Part shown: in pieces, positions 62,460 to 64,000 of the stretch
Numbering within the stretch: position 1 is the first letter of the stretch
Layout of the letters: the number at the start of each line of letters is the position of its first letter
Origin: Felis catus
Taxonomy: Eukaryota
Direction: 5' to 3'
DNA length: 64,000 bases
Assembly: GCF_018350175.1 (NCBI RefSeq)
Contig: NC_058368.1
Span: 107,138,001-107,202,000, forward strand
The notes under the pieces: generated by a model
The model's database searches: none
What the model was told of the DNA's origin: nothing
The model's input: the letters and a program-made list of their open reading frames with translations, nothing else
Program-made: the position numbers and the translations under genes

Positions 62460-64000
62460 ATAAAGGGGAACCTAATTTGCTTTCACCTGTGAAGTAAGTG
62501 AATGAATTTATGGCTTGAAGCATGCTGTTAGTATAGCCTGTCTGTCTGACATGCTTTCTTCCCTTTCAGATCTGGTTTTTTTTTTCATTTGGGATGTTCT
62601 ATTTATGAAGTATTTATAATTCCTGTTTACCAGAAATGAATTTGGATCGTTGCCCAAAGCACCAGGTCTGCTGTTTCTGAACTTTAAAAAAAAAAAAAAT
62701 TCTCTGCTTTTGTTCTGTTTAATTATGTAGGCTTTTGCTTTCCTCTTATCAGGACCATGATTCAGTCCCTTTAGTGTGTAATTATCCCAAGTGTCCTTGA
62801 TTTGCTAAAGTGAGAATCTCTCTATTTTTGTCAGAAAGCAGGACGTTGTTCTGCTTTGGAAACCTTTTGCAGCATTTTGTTTTTAGTTGTGTCTTTGTGG
62901 TCCCAAATGTAAACACACAAGTTTGAATTCCTACTCAGTAACAAGAATTAATCTTGAAATAAATTAATAAAAACAAGGAGGAAATGTCTAAGCACCCATG
63001 CCTTATTTGTAAAACAGAGTAATGGCAGGACGAGGCCACATGATCTTTTGAAGATCCTTCTAAGTCTGTCCTTTTATATAGGGTAAGAACATGAACTTCT
63101 GAAAAAAAATTCATGTCTTTAATTTCCACATGCTTCATCTGTAAGATAAGCTGATTCTACTTCATTCAAGTTCATAGGAACATTATATGGCATAATAGTG
63201 CCTGAAACAGGAAACATGAAATAAATGCTTATTCTCTCTAACAATGCAGTATATTTGCTAAAGGAAAATGTTATTTCTAAAACTGCCCTTGAAGAAAGGG
63301 AATTTTTTTTAAAATTCTTGTCTTCTTGCAAAGTTAATTACATTTCTGGATCCCTCAGACTTCATAAGGCTACCTAACCTGGCGTTTGAAATGGGATGGC
63401 ATTCATAGTGACAATCCCTATCTTGCTGACTCCTACCCATGTCATGTCACCAGCAGTGGCATTTAGGAATCCCCAGAGAAGGAAGGCTTTCATTTGTTCT
63501 CATAAACAAATGCAGTCAGTACCTGTCTGGAGTCTATCATTGGCTCCCTTTCTGTGCCTGCCTCTTTGAGTGAGGTCTGTTGCTGAATCGTAGGAAAGCT
63601 CCCCAGTGTTTTGGATTCTTCCCTGGCCCCTGTGCTGCTGAGCTCCCATGCTACAGACCCTTCAAGGAGGCATAAGGGCCTATAATCTATGAAACCTTCA
63701 AAACACTGTATCCCATTTATCCCATTCTGGTTCCTTGCCTATGATATGGGAGAATGTTTTCTTCCCATCCTGCTCTATTTCATCACACAGTAGAGAAGAG
63801 GTTAGTTTGGGGGATCAATCCAAGTTATCTGAGTTATAAATGCCTAATATAGTAAGTGCTGGAGGTCCACTGTGCTAGCAGGTCAAATTTGCATAAGTTG
63901 GCCAAAACTCACAGTGATAGTATCATAGTCTTAAGCTGGGACCTCTATGATGATGATGTTTGGGTTTGTGCCTCTATATAAAATACTTAGAACTTTATTC

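Noticed and set aside
721..63895. Scattered octamer (atttgcat), AP-1 and MEF2-like motifs
   Set aside because: Short motifs are expected by chance in 64 kb of AT-rich DNA, and I saw no clustering or Sox-Oct composite.

Overview
Mammalian genomic DNA, almost certainly felid: it carries many tRNA-derived Can-SINEs, including young CpG-rich SINEC_Fc-type copies. The window is AT-rich and repeat-dense, with no protein-coding exon I can identify, so it is intronic or intergenic. The only ORFs resembling known proteins are LINE-1 ORF2 remnants; the rest are SINE, microsatellite or chance ORFs. Content: about 28 Can-SINEs, L1 fragments of several ages, L2 and MIR relics, ERV1 (MER34-like), ERVL (LTR33, LTR16, MLT2) and MaLR (MLT1) solo LTRs, and microsatellites. 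Repeat family names come from recalled consensus sequences, not a search. I found no evidence of a new multi-gene system. The notable items are mechanistic scars: a tiny inverted L1 inserted into another L1's 3' UTR, a tailless 35-nt U2 snRNA retrocopy with a clean TSD, a chain of three overlapping hairpins in an L1MC, a 5'-inverted L1 hosting an LTR and SINEs, and repeated SINE insertions at one site.
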